From an uncultured Oscillibacter sp. (GTDB taxonomy: Bacteria > Bacillota > Clostridia > Oscillospirales > Oscillospiraceae), in assembly GCA_950097035.1 (NCBI GenBank), contig CATNDT010000002.1, positions 1-58,540 of the forward strand: DNA of 58,540 nt. The letters run 5' to 3'. The first letter of the stretch is position 1. Each line of letters begins with the position of its first letter. The notes under the pieces are model-generated. The model had not been told where the DNA came from and ran no database searches. It saw only the letters and a program-made list of their open reading frames with translations. Shown here piece after piece: positions 57,776 through 58,540 of the stretch. A program made the translations under genes and the position numbers.

Positions 57776-58540
57776 CTATACGCTTTTGGCGGATTGCCGG
57801 GGGCGGCCCTTGGGAATCCGGATGGTCAGCAGGATGTCGTCCTCCGTCTCCTCCCGGCCACAGGCGGCGTCGATCCCGGCCTCCCGAATCAGGCGAAGTC
57901 CCCGGTCCACACTGTTTAAAAACAGCCGGACATCCTTGATAATAAAGGTTCGCCGGCCTGCCGGAGGCGTGGCCTGCAGGGCTGCCAGCCGCTGGTCCAC
58001 ATACTGCTCCGCCTGGGCCACGTTCAGCTGCCGCTCAGCCATGTGCCGGGCAGCCTGCAGCCGCTCGCTCTCGTCCTCCAGCCGCAAAAGGCACCGGGCG
58101 TGGCGCTCCGCAAGCCCGCCGGAGAGCAGAATTTCCCGGCAGCTGGGGGAGAGGCGCAGCAGCCGCAGCTTGTTGGCCACCGCAGAGGGGGACCGGCCCA
58201 GCTGGGCGGCGGCCTCCTCCTGGGTGGTGCCGGACTCCCGCAGATAGGCGGCAATGGCGGCGGCCTCTTCAAAATAGTGCAGATCCTGCCGCTGCAGGTT
58301 TTCCACCAGGGCCAGCAGGGCGGACTCCCGGCTGTCCGCCGCCGTTTCAATGCAGGGCACTGTCTCCAGCCCCGCCATCCGCGCCGCCCGAAGCCGGCGC
58401 TCCCCGGCCACCAGCTCCCAGCCGTCAGCCCTTTTCCGCACGGTGAGGGGCTGAATAATACCGTGCCGCCGGATGGAGGCCGCCAGCTCCCGCAGGCCTG
58501 CCTCGTCAAAAAACCGTCGGGGCTGGGCGGGATTGGGGCG
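57776..58540 (-). CDS. noc: Nucleoid occlusion protein Noc-like ParB paralogue (5' end outside the window)
   Basis: PNPAQPRRFFDE..LAASI..HGIIQPL, VAGERRLRAA, ENLQRQDL, VANKLRLL, ERHAR, KDVRLFLNS. Confidence 0.8.
   Translation of the reverse strand, partial: RPNPAQPRRFFDEAGLRELAASIRRHGIIQPLTVRKRADGWELVAGERRLRAARMAGLETVPCIETAADSRESALLALVENLQRQDLHYFEEAAAIAAYLRESGTTQEEAAAQLGRSPSAVANKLRLLRLSPSCREILLSGGLAERHARCLLRLEDESERLQAARHMAERQLNVAQAEQYVDQRLAALQATPPAGRRTFIIKDVRLFLNSVDRGLRLIREAGIDAACGREETEDDILLTIRIPKGRPRQSAKSV

Overview
A GC-rich Clostridia chromosome segment (gene content and order suggest Oscillospiraceae; this is inference) that spans the replication origin. It holds dnaA-oriC-dnaN-yaaA-recF-remB-gyrB-(membrane gene)-gyrA-rnhA, transcribed divergently from rpmH-rnpA-yidD-yidC-jag. 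It also holds parA-parB with three perfect parS sites, a Noc-like gene, a DnaD/DnaC-like pair, four aminoacyl-tRNA synthetases (hisS under an Asp-specifier T-box), cell-envelope genes (mreC, mreD, PBP2, minD, LTA synthase, NagZ, VanW, MurT/GatD), nadE and rimP-nusA. I saw no rRNA, tRNA, CRISPR array, transposase or prophage. The most unusual items are: (1) a MurT/GatD pair in which GatD has lost its catalytic Cys and His and MurT has a remodelled triad-Asp loop, suggesting a glutamine-independent or different-amine peptidoglycan modification; (2) a candidate ~85-nt C-rich, anti-SD small RNA with OmpR/PhoP-type upstream repeats between rnhA and nadE; (3) an unannotated 27-aa peptide gene with its own promoter, RBS and terminator; (4) a membrane coiled-coil gene coupled to parB and ending on a parS site; (5) a frameshifted mnmG; (6) a heavily rearranged origin region with 22 consecutive genes pointing toward oriC. 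All family calls come from recognising motifs by eye; no searches were run.
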